This document shows positions 38,951 to 51,111 of a stretch of DNA of 64,000 nucleotides, piece by piece; the first letter of the stretch is position 1, and every line of letters begins with the position of its first letter. A program made the position numbers and the translations under genes. The stretch spans positions 81,530,001 through 81,594,000 of the forward strand of contig OX597814.1 of NCBI GenBank assembly GCA_951406725.2. The letters run 5' to 3'. A model generated the notes under the pieces. That model had not been told where the DNA came from. It did no database searches and worked only from the letters and a program-made list of their open reading frames with translations. This DNA comes from Octopus vulgaris. Its lineage: Eukaryota.

Positions 38951-39188
38951 CAATGGTTCTCAACTAAGGTCCATGTAAGATTTTACTGTTAAAATTTATC
39001 TGCAATAAATTGGCTGTATTTCTTCAATAGACAAAATACTTGAACAATTTTTTACGGAATTCCTAATATTTAATCATAAAAACATAATAGGATTATTTTT
39101 TTTAAACATTGAATGGGTATGAGGGTCCAGCAGAGTAAAACAGGAATCAAAGGGGTTCATAGATAAAAAAAATGGTTGAGAACCACTG
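38951..39188. mobile_element. hAT-type MITE (related partial copy from 52648)
   Basis: TIRs caatggttctcaac / gttgagaaccactg. Degenerate 8-bp TSD ttgtaaat / ctgcaaat. Confidence 0.75.
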
Positions 39189-40258
39189 CTGCAAATGGTC
39201 TCTCAGTTTACCATTCCTGAGTAATTAATTTTTAAAAAATCCAAAATGGAGGCCCACAAGAAAGTAAGCATTGCACTGGAATGAAAACCAATGAAAAATG
39301 CTGAGGACCAACATACTCTAAGTCTACTAGAAATAGCAGCCAAACTTCCCTTAATGTACAGCATATTGTTTTAAAAAATAACAAAGGAAGGATATGTTGG
39401 ATAATGTAACAACTGATACGCAAAAGGATGATTGTAGCTGGAATGTTTTTGATCATAAGTTTGCTCTACGAGAGTTGATGGCAGAGGGGTAAAAAACACA
39501 ACACAGATGTACAGAAAAACTGGAGAGAGAGTGAGTGTACAGTATTGCATTTAGCTAGAGAGTGGCACAAGTGAAACAGATTTATCAGTAATGGTTATTT
39601 TGACACCTATCAAAGTCTGCTTGATCAGAGTTGATGTGAGAATTCCACAGCAATAAAAATAGTACAAATGTCTTAACTCAAACAAGTTTAGTGTCTGAGA
39701 TTTGATCAGTTGTCACACAGATCATTTATAAATCTCACACGCTCTTGATACATTACAGTACCAATTACAACTAAAGTTAACACGGGTTCTGATTTGATGT
39801 GTGTCCTTAGAAAAGATTATGTAAAATCAAAAGGAAACAAAGTACAGTCTGACTATGGCTAGCAGGCCAAAATTTCAGTCGCTGCCATCTCTCTTGTAAA
39901 AGTTTAATAAACATGTACTTCACTAAATATTGAATCATTCCTCAGTTTAACATTAAATTGTTTTTATATATAGCTTAACATAAAAGCATCAAAATACACA
40001 CAGACTTCAATATCAGATAGTGTCAACAAAAATAATAAAAACAATACCAAAAACTAGTCAAGATGAAAGGATATGTGAGAATAACAATTACAGATTCCAC
40101 CCCTACCACTTTCTACAATGACTACCACTAAAGCTGACAAAATCAGACAGCTGTCATAAGACTATTGTAGACATATTTACTGACACTCCTACATTGGTTT
40201 AAGTATCTTATGTCCTTTCTTAAATTAACACAAGAGAAAAGATAAATAAATGACTTAC

Positions 40259-40314
40259 TGGTAACCGTTCTGGATATTTCCTTTTAATTCTTGAAGATTC
40301 TGCTTGACGCTCCG
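40259..40314 (-). CDS. GABARAPL2: GABARAPL2-like ATG8 exon 2 (ERQAESSRIKRKYPERLP)
   Basis: Minus strand tttttatag|...CCA|gtaagt, 56 nt, phase 1-0. Motif and exon size match the GABARAPL2 exon 2 pattern (EHRCVESAKIRAKYPDRVP). Confidence 0.92.
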
Positions 40315-41015
40315 CTATAAAAAAAGAAATAGTTTACAGCTTTATGGTATATTTTACATTCATTCTTTTATGCTGTCATCTTAGTGTTCTACAGGTGAAT
40401 GCTGTTTCTTTACTAACACTTTTAGTCGCCCTCTTACAACATATATGGGCTCAGTGTACCTCCTATTCTAAAACTGAGATATATGGTTGCAGATGTGGTT
40501 GTGATAGGTGCAGGTGTGACTGTGTGGTTGAGAAGTTTGCGGGGTTCAGTCTCACTGCATGGCACTTTGGGTAAGTGTCTTCTACTATAGTCATAGGCCA
40601 ACCAAAATCTTGTGAGCAGATTTAGTAGACAGAAACTGAAAGAAGCCCCCCCCACACACACACACACACATGCATACACACACACTGAATAATACAGTTA
40701 TAGAGACTCACATACAGGACTTCAAATTTCTGTCAGCAGTGTGATGATCACAGCACTTTAGCTGTTGCAAATCCAGTACTCGTGTGTGTGTGTCTCCCCT
40801 CTTGACATAACATGGCAGTTGTAAATGAGAGTCACAGTCATACCAGCAGTGTCATGGGGAAATATTACCTTGCTTAGATATAGGTGACAGTTGGTAAAAG
40901 GAAGATAACTTGGCTCTAGAAAATCTACCTGAATAAACTATCTGAGCCATACAAGCATGGAAAAGTGAATGTTAAAACAATGATGATGATGATGATATAT
41001 ATATATATATATAAA

Positions 41016-41212
41016 ATAGGGGGAGAATTCACAAAAAAAACAAAAGACGAAGACAGGTGGTGTAGACAACAAACAGATGTATTAGTATAATGTTCGGGAA
41101 GTGAACAAGTCTTTAATGTTTCGAGCGTACGCTCTTCCACAGAAAGGAATACAGAAAGAAACAAGGAGAGAAAATAAAGAATGAGTAGTGGCTAGCGAAC
41201 TATCATGGCAAT
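41016..41212 (-). mobile_element. Second copy of the (TA)n-associated element with minimal hammerhead-like motif
   Basis: Homologous to 17918-18121. Minus strand 41146-41111 reads CTTT CTGTGGA A GAGC-GTAC-GCTC GAAA CA TT AAAG. Confidence 0.65.
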
Positions 41213-44200
41213 ACATACACAGTGTATGAGATATGTGTATGCATGGGAATATATGAATAGTGTAGAATGGCAGAAAAAAGATGTGATGTGTACTGCTATA
41301 CTAACTTGGTCTTAAAATGCTAAAACACATTTGATACTGACTCTACAAGTTGCTAAGGGTTATAGGACATATATCTTATATAAATAAAAGTTTATCCAGT
41401 TACAATGAAGCAATAAACTTAGTTTGAGTCGGTTGCCAGGTTAATTTCACAGACCTTTCCTCAGAAAATCTGATACTTGTTCCACTGTTTAACAAGAAAA
41501 TTCAAGAGACCTATGGAACATAGTGTTCTACAAATCTGAAATCTACAATTGACGCACAAGTAATCTGCGTTATCCTTATCCAATTTTATCATTCCACTTC
41601 TTTATTAACACTTCAACCATCACCTAAAGAGATTACAAGAGTAACAATTTATCAATTTATCTCCCCGGTACAGAATGAGTACTTGGTGAACTGAAAGAAT
41701 GAGTCAAGAAAATCACTGAAAATGTTCTTGCACAATGTGTGTAAATACTAGACATTAGTTCAGCCAACACTAATTGGCTGTCTCCGTCATTCCCACTTAA
41801 GAAAGGTTAAAGCTGAAAAAAATTTTGTGAAATTGCTAAGAGCAAGCATACCTCCCATAATTGTGCATATGAATGTGCACTAGAATGAGCCTAGTAATTC
41901 ATTTTCCAAAATTATATCACTTAATAACTGTAACTAGTTCTGTGGTTGAAGCTCAATTACAAGAGTGTAAGAGTAGTAGAATTAATTACTGCTATGAAAA
42001 TGAAAAACGTGTGTGTGATGGGGTGATTATGTGCAAGTACACTTTGTATATATACCTGTATACCAATAAAACAATATCTTCTAAAAAGTAACTACAAAAA
42101 TTTTTTTTAATAAGTTCTAAGTTTTGGGGCCATAATACAACAGAAATGCAACAGTTTTCACTTCAAGTTATATGGTTCCTGCTGCTTTATCAAATATGCT
42201 CTAACAAATATGAAACAGATCCAATTAAAATGCTAACTGAATGACAAGAATCAACTAAATCCAGTTAGATTTAAAAGCAAAATAATTCAAGAAAATTAGC
42301 CTAGATTTTTTAAATGAATATAATTTTTAAGAGAGGAGAAACAAAGGGCAAATGAATTCTATTTATCGCATTTCTAAATGTGATCTAAGACTAAATAAAG
42401 TAACTCACTTTTGTCTTATTTAGCTCAAACCCTACTTGATTTTGAGTTTAACCCTTTAGCATTCAGATTACTTTGTCAAATGTAATACTTATTCTCATTA
42501 TTTTGAATTGACCATGTATTATCTCAAAGCTTTGAGATTTTGATGAAGTGATTATTTATTTTTAAAATTACAATGTAGAATAGGTGTGAGGAACCAGATC
42601 TGGCTAATTTGAATATAAAATGGAATATTTTGGCCAAATATGGCAGGTTTAAATGCTAAAAGGTTAAAGTAGGACAGGATGAGACTAAATACCATAATTT
42701 TTTTTTTTTCATTTTTGGTAGCTCAGCACTACAATAAGATCACTGTAATCACCTTCAGGTTTCAAAATCCTAATAAGGAAGACTCTTAAACACACTTGTC
42801 AGTGTGTATGAGTGCATATGTACATACAAACACATTGGGGATTTTGAATAAAGAATAGGAGTGAGACAGTAAAGTTTACCTCAATTACACCAATAAGCTG
42901 ATCAGCTATAGTAGTTAGTTCAAGCTGAGTTGTTAAGGTAACTGGTCTTGATGCCAAGTAAAGTTCTAATTACATCATATTTGCTGAAATACTGGAGTAC
43001 CAGGAATCATTAATCAAGGGCATTTATCTATCAGGGTAAACCATGTTTCTGTACCCATAAACATGGGCTTCAGCAAATATATCTAGTGGAAGACTAGTAG
43101 TTACCTAACCATGCAAGTCTCCCCTATCCATGCCACTAGTGATGTCCAAGAGAAGGGTTTTCCTGAAAAGCTGATACTACTTGGTAATAGTGTTGTTGCA
43201 AGTATTGCCGTCAAAATACAAAAATCTAAGACACAAGACATCTCATCTAACAATAATAGTTCAATCACTCAAACCTTCCACCCCCACCCCACTCTCACTG
43301 GCTCAGTTCTTACATTGGATGCACTAGTGTTGGATACATTGGTGTTTCTTAGTTAACCAGATGGTGTGAGAAGGGATTATCTCCAATGAATGGCATAGCA
43401 GTATCGCCAAAAACTACTATACAAGGCAAAGGGGCACTGAAAAGGGACAATTAGAAAACATCACAAGTCAAATCATGAAAACAATCAAATCATAACAAGA
43501 ATGCAGAACATTCTATATTTCTTGTGAGTCAGAAATGCTCAGCTAAGAACAAACTACTTTGCATTTGCTAAGCAAGAAAAATCCTTGACAATAACCATAC
43601 TACTGCCTGGTGAGAAAAACAACTAGAAGTATTTGAATAGCATGTGAGAACTATCCAAATCATGTACAACCAGTGCCTGTGAGCAAAATAAAGATTAGAG
43701 AAATTCTGAAAGGAATTTAGGGTACAGATAAGTATTCATGATTTTGTCCCTAATTCTCTTGTACTTATAATAAAAGTCAAGTGCAGTCCTTTGGAACTTT
43801 CATAAGGTGCACTTTTACTTGAACAAATTGACCTAGGATTTACTTTTTAAGCCTAGTATTTATTATATCGGTCTCTTTTGCCAAACTGCTAAGTTATGGG
43901 CATGCAAACACACCAACACCAGTTGTAAAGCAGTTGGGGTGGACACACAGACACACACACATACATACATACATACATACACACACATGGTGGATTTCTC
44001 CCAGTTTCCATCTACCAAATCCACTCACAAGGCTTGAGTCGGCCCAAGGCTATGAGATACTTGCCTAAGGTGCTGCACTGTGGGACTAAACCTGGAACCA
44101 TATGGAGCCAAAAGCTAAAATATTAACTAGTAAATGGAAACTTTAGGAAGTGGATTTCCTCAGTATGAAAGGAATAGGTAGGAACTATATACACTGTGTA

Positions 44201-45114
44201 CTGATGGCAAGGCAGTAGGTCATGTGATGAGAATAGACACCTACTGAGAGAAATGAACAAGTTCTGACATGACTAAGAAAGAGATAAAAGAAAAGTTAAT
44301 AAGGTAAAATCAAATATCAGGATATTGAGACTACAAAACAAGATGTTATATGAACAAGAGGAAGATGATATGCTGTCCTGCACAAATGGAAACATTGATA
44401 TTAAACTGATAAGGATATTCTAGAGTTATACTATTAAGGTAAGATCTTAAAAAAAAAATATAGGTTACAGTCCTCCTTTAAAACACTACATGCTTCAAAT
44501 ATTTGCTTAGAAAGTGCTCTAGAACTATATATTAGATATGAAAAATTGCCTGATTACACTGCTCAGCTAGTGTTTCCAGTTAACCCATTATTGACACACT
44601 TGACATCAGACATTCATTTTTAATACATAATGTCCAACACTAGTGCAAAAATCAAAAATAATGATTGTCTAACGGTCTCTTTGAATGATATTTATTTATG
44701 TTAATGTTGACAGTCCTAAAATCACTTGGCTTTTTGGACTGACCAATTACAGTACTGAGTTCATTCAGCAACCACAATAGACTTCTTTGTGTTGACAATC
44801 CATGCTTACATAATATGAATGCATTAGGTTGCAAGGACAAACTTTATAAATCATTTACTAAATATAGATATGTCAATTATCAGCAGTAGTAGTAGCAGCA
44901 TCAGCATTAGTATTACTATTTGGAATGCTTAAATGAGACTGCTGAACTAAATGATTAACAGTATTTAATTCTTGTTTATAATGGGTCCAAATCCTACCTA
45001 AGTGAGCTTTGCATTTTCTCCTTTGAGCTCAATTCAGTGAATTACCCTTAATTTGTGATCTTAAAAAAGTCATTACTCCCACATATTAACATCATTATCA
45101 AATATTTTAATATA

Positions 45115-45654
45115 CAAAGTCTGATCAAAAAGTATTGGGACTGGTGCAATAAAAAGATAATAACATATCAATTCAGCATTTAATCTCCTTTGAAATAGTC
45201 CCCTTCTGAAGCCACACACTTTATACAGTATCGCTTGAATCGATGGAAGCATTCCTGAAGCTGGGGGGGGGGGTAGGAAGCAGCTGCCTCATTGCATTCT
45301 CTTGGATTTCTTTGATGTCTTGAAATCTTATTGGGGTCTTCCACAACAAAGACTAAGCTTTGGTTTTAGGATTGTAGCCATAGACCTATGATTCATCATC
45401 TGTTATGACCGTTTTCATCTTCCTCAACACAATCAAGGAGATCCTGTGCAACTGAAACCTGATCTTTTTGAGACAACCACACTCTACACTTTAATTCCAA
45501 GCACAGCTAAAAACAATAGAAGGCAAGGAGAACATTATAACTTACTACACATGCACAACAGAGTTCAAGATCAATCTGTGCCAAGCGGCTTCACTTTGCA
45601 CACTTAGGCTTCATTACCACAGCAACAATCGTGATACTTTTTGATCAAACCTTG
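45115..45654 (-). mobile_element. Internally deleted mariner remnant
   Basis: TA-flanked TIRs caaagtctgatcaaaaagtat / atactttttgatcaaaccttg. Minus-strand VITDDES*VYGYNPKTK resembles mariner ITGDExWVYGYDPETK. Confidence 0.8.
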
Positions 45655-48600
45655 TATATTTATTCTTCTGTTGACTGAAACATGGTATTGGTGTTGTTCA
45701 CTCCATGTCAACCCTGATCAAGCAAACCTATGATCAAAAGTTTTCTAGTTGTGACTTTTTTTTTTGTAAGGGATACACTGGATAACATTCTCAAATGTTT
45801 TTTTTTTTTCTTTTGAAGAGGCAAAGTTGATTTAGGAGATATTTAACTGTTATTTCTAGCAGGGTAAGCAATCACATCGCTTTCTTCATTGGTTTGTTCT
45901 CCACTTAGGCTAAATCAATATGGTTTAATAGCATTTTTTTTAAAAACTGTTTTACATCTACTTAAGGTTTGCATGGAAAGAATAGTTGAGTTGTTTGTTC
46001 AATCAACTGGGTATCCCATCTAAAGCAAAATAATCAAATTAAAAAGAAGGGAACTATTTTATGTCCAATAATAATATTCGATTTTCTAAACACCAATTTG
46101 TAATAAAAGTGCAAAAGACTTACTGATGGAATGATGTATGAGAATATGGTAAAATGAGAAGCAATAAATATTTGGTTTGCATTCCATCAAAGGACTTAGT
46201 TGCTTTTACCATCTAAAACTGAGGGTTAATGATGTTTAATATCATTATTTACATTAACCCTTTAGCATTCAGATTATTCTGTCAAATGTAATTTTTATTT
46301 AATTACATTGTTTTGAAATTATTATGCATTATCTCATAGCTTCAAGATTTCAATGATGTGATTGTTTATTTTTAGAATAACATTATAAAGTACCTGGTTG
46401 GTTTGAATATAAAACAGATAGAATATTTGGGCCACTAAAGGGTTAAAATCAGGATCATCATCATCATTTAACGTCCATTTTCTATGCTGGCATGGGTTGG
46501 AAGGTTTGGTTAGCAAGGGAGCTGTCCAGGCTCCAACTGTCTGTTTTTGGCAAGGTTTCTATTGCTGGTTGCCCTTCCTAATGCCAACCACTTTACAGAG
46601 TACACTGGGTTCTTTTTTACATGCCACCGGCATGGGTGCATATATATGCAGCACTAGCACAAATGCATTTTACATGGCACCAGCATCTGCAAAGGATATG
46701 CCTGTATGTACAGACCACAATTTTATTTAGCTTGGCACGTCTTCTCAAGTACAGCAAATTGACACAACTCCTGAAATCTTAGGCAAACTGGAACAAACAG
46801 AATTATGTGTTTTACTCAAGAATACAACACAATAGTAACCAATATTTCAGAAACCACTTTAACATCAGTCATTATGCTTCATAATTATGATGAAAAAATG
46901 GCATGGTCACTTTGGCAAAAATTGCATAATCTGAAGTGAAAAACTAAACTTAAGTAGTACTCAATGACATTAAAAAAAAAAAGTTTATTATAGTATACTT
47001 AACATTTCTCACCTCTTAACAGCTTACTCTACAAAACTGCAACTTAAGCAAAATAGAGAACAGGCTGTAAGTAATAGTACATTTTGACAAGAAAATGTTT
47101 ACAGCAGTCAGTTCAAACTCTTCTTACCAATCATCTGAAAAATGGCCAACTATCAGAAATTGTTTCAATGTAATCCTCCTTAAACAGATTACAAACTTGT
47201 TCATCTCTCATTAATTTAACAAGTGCTAAAACTATGGGGTTGATATCTTTGCACTGGCCAGAATTTAAAACTTTGAACATAAAATTCACTCCCTGCACTA
47301 TATTCTTAATATGGGGGCAAAATGGACTTGGTAGGCAAAGTGTTAACCTTTTAGAATTTAAACTGGCCATATCCAGCCCAAATATTCTACTTGTTTTATG
47401 CTCAAACTGACCAGATCTAGCCTCTCACATCAATGTCATTGATATTTCAATGATAAAGTATGATTAATTTAAAACAATGTAAATAAATAAGCATTACATT
47501 TGACAAAATAATCTGAATGCTAAAGGGTTAAACAATTTAGCAATCTCTTTCATATAGATGCAACCTATATAAAATTAGCATAAATAGTTGGACCTGCCAT
47601 GGTAATTTTAGCCACCTTTCCTCATACCATTTAATTTTCTAACCCTACATGAGCAATGTGGAACTATTGAATCCCCATACACTTGAAAACAACTGGTATA
47701 TAACTTAGACTTTTCAAAGTTTGACATATAGGCACACATTTTAAAGGAAAAAAATCTAATAATTGAATTGATCCCTATACACTTTTTTTAATACCTGAAA
47801 GCTGAAAGGTAAATTCAATCCTAGCAGGAACTAAACACAAATTGTAGATAAAAATAAATATCAGAACACATTTAGCCCAGCATTTTACTGTCCTATAATA
47901 TTGGTTTCAAATTTTGGCACAGGGCCAGCAAGTTTGGGTCAAGGGGAGTAAGTTATATGGACTCTAATACTCGGCTGGTACTTATTTTATCAGCATTGAA
48001 AAGATGAAAGGCAGTCAACCTCAGCAGAGTTTGAACTCAGAATGTGAAGACAGGCAAAATGCCACTAAGCATTTTGCCCAACATGCTAATGATTCTGCCA
48101 GCTTGCTGCCCTACCTTGTCCTATAATTTTCTTTTCTACTCTAGGCACAAGGCCTGAAGTTTTAGGGGAGGGAGCCCAGTCGATCAGATCAACTCCAGTA
48201 TGCAACTGGTACTAAATTTATCAACCTGGAAAGGATGAAAGGCAAAAATTGACCTCGGTGGAATTTGAACTCAAAACATAAAGACAGACGAAATACCTAT
48301 TTCTTCATTACCCACAAGGGGCTAAACATAGAGGGGACAAACAAGGACAGACAAAGGTATTAAGTCGATTACATCGACCCCAGTGTGTAACTGGTACTTA
48401 ATTTATCGACCCCGAAAGGATGAAAGGCAAATTCGACCTTGGTGGAATTTGAACTCAGGACATAACGGCAGACGAAATACCACAAAGCATTTTGCGCGGC
48501 ATGCTAATGTTTCTGCCAGCTCACCACCTTATTGTCCAATAATATTAACAATATCAGACATAGCAGCAAGACCATAAATTAGTGGATGGGGGAAACAACT

Positions 48601-50717
48601 GAATTGATATCTACTATCAAACTCAGAAGGATGAAAAGCAAAAGTAACCACCAGCAGGATTTGAACAAAAAGCAAAGGGATGTAACTAAATACCACAAGG
48701 TATTTTGTTCAGTGTTTTATTGACACTATAACATTGGATTAGAACTCATGTTAACACATACAAATTTCAAGTCCAGCATGGCTACAGCCAAATAAAACAA
48801 AAGAATACAGTTTGATCATATGTGCTACCCAATTACTGTCCAATCAGCAGCTGTTGTTCACATGATAGCTCATCTAGACCTTTCCTGAAACACAGCCTAT
48901 AAATAAAGTAGACTATTTGCCCCCCTCAGCAGAGTGTGGAGACTTCTGAATCAATATGACATTCTCAACTTTTGGCAGTTTTAGAGTGTCTTGGGTTGAG
49001 ATGCTCTAATATGAACTAATATATTCATATTCAATTGAAGATATCAAAGGCAACATGACATGGCACAAGTATATTGACTCATTATGTTAAAACCAGCCCA
49101 AGTGTTAAATTTCAGACATTTTCCTTGTATCTCGTAATATGTTATTTCCATCATACTGCTTCTATATATTAATTGTAATGCATGAACATCTTTTCATATT
49201 AATGTAGCACAATAAATCATCTTCAAATGATTGCTCAGTGTTCTGAAATTACTACACAAAGTTTTCTCTTAACCATCCACTAATACAGTCCAGCAACAAT
49301 GGACACACTAACACCTCTAATTCAGTGCATAGCAAGATCATTAACAACTGGAAAGTTTTTTCTTCTCAACCACAAGGTTCCAGGTCCATCCCACTTCTGT
49401 AGCCTCAGGCCGACCAAAGCCTTGTAAGTGGATTTGGTAGATGGAAACTGAAAGAACCCAGTCGTGTGTGTGTGTGTGCCACTACTACTTGACAACTGGT
49501 GTTGCTCATGATCAGAAATGCCCATATTATCAGCCTCTGAGGGACATGCTCAAGCTGTTAAGGTCAAGCAACTGATAAGCAAATCTGTGGTATTGAGTAG
49601 AATATTTGCTGTAATGATATTTCTACATCAGCAACTGAATCTGTCCAAAATGTAATGGAAAATAGGTCAGTTTCAAAACATTGATGTCCAGGACACAGAA
49701 GCAAGGTCTGAAGGGAATAGTAGTAATTTCCTTTGATTTCTAGATAGAAGCAAATAGGAAATAAAACTTATTGACCAAAGACAAAAAAAATTTAAAGTTT
49801 GTTAGTTTTATTGAAGCCAGATTTTGGTTGAAATTTTAAATCATTAATTTTATTTTTCAATCATTTAGTCAAAGAGAGAAGAACCTATGAGCCTTTGTTA
49901 CTTTTGTTTTTGTTTTTTTTTCAGGGCCTCCAGCACTGATGGAAGGGAGAAAAGTTTTCCTCAAACCAGAAACCCAGTCTGAATACTTAGAAAGACGTGA
50001 ACGCCACTGAAGGTATCCAAGGATTAGATGGTGCTATTGAAGTAAGCAATGGATTAAATCTAACCTACCAAAGTGAAGTATGGGGATTCTTAGATTAGTA
50101 CTAAAAGGATTAATTCAATGTTTTACTATATATATACCACTTCACCACTTAATATTGCCTACATCAGTTAAGTAGGAATAAACTCTGGTTACTATAGCAT
50201 TATCAAGGAATTAGCAATCTATCTGGCATTAACATCAGTTTAGGTTGTAAATCATTTATACCTGTCTCACTAACTGCAGATAAGTCTGAGATCAAAGTAC
50301 AAGAAAAAGAAGTTCCAACAGTTATCAGTGACATTAATTAGGCTGATTACAAAGACAACTAAAATATGCCTATTTTTGCTAATGACACACACACACACAC
50401 GTACACAACAGTTGATGCAAAACATTGTTATCTGTCCTTGATCTACTATCCTTCCAAAAATAATGAGAAGCACTAACACTGCTCCACTATCTCTTAAACC
50501 ACCCCCAAAAGTTTGCACTACCATTACAAAGCCACAATTTGAAAACAAACATCACCAAAACAAATGCTTGACTCAACAATGAATTACATCAAAACAAAAT
50601 ATATATTCCACTTCAATATTTATCTTTATTTTGACATAACACTTCTATGACTCATTTTTGTATTAGACACGCAAGATTCTTGCTGTGAACTCATGTGTTG
50701 AAACATATTTTGTTGCG

Positions 50718-51111
50718 TCTTGGGAGGGTCATTAGCCAATAAACACATGTATTGGTTCCATTTCACTTTTTTTATTATCATAAGTCAATTAACCATTTAA
50801 CCAACTGGCTGCTTGATTAATTGTTTAGTTAATTAATCAATTAGCCAGGTTTGTCAAATCCTTTTGTTGTCATTCGCAACCTCTTCAATGACGTCCTCTG
50901 TAGGTCTGCCTCAAGCCTATTTTCAAAGTAAACCAATAGGGGGAAACGTCATTGATGAGGCTACAAATAGCAATGAAAAGATTTGAGGAACCTAGCTGAT
51001 TGATTGACTGAATTATTAAGCAATCAGTTAGTTGATTGGTTAACCAATTAACTTATAAAAGAAGGTAGAACCAGTGCATATGTTTTTGCTGGCATAAAGA
51101 CCCTCCCAAGA
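50718..51111. repeat. Long imperfect inverted repeat (foldback)
   Basis: Outer tcttgggagggtc / gaccctcccaaga, inner cctcttcaatgacgt / acgtcattgatgagg. Arms about 170 bp, spacer about 50 bp. Confidence 0.85.

Noticed and set aside
47127-47133. Minus-strand 7-nt micro-exon (tttttcag|ATGATTG|gtaaga) in phase with ATG8 exon 2
   Set aside because: It would delete helix 1 of ATG8, and such short matches are expected by chance in a 23-kb intron.
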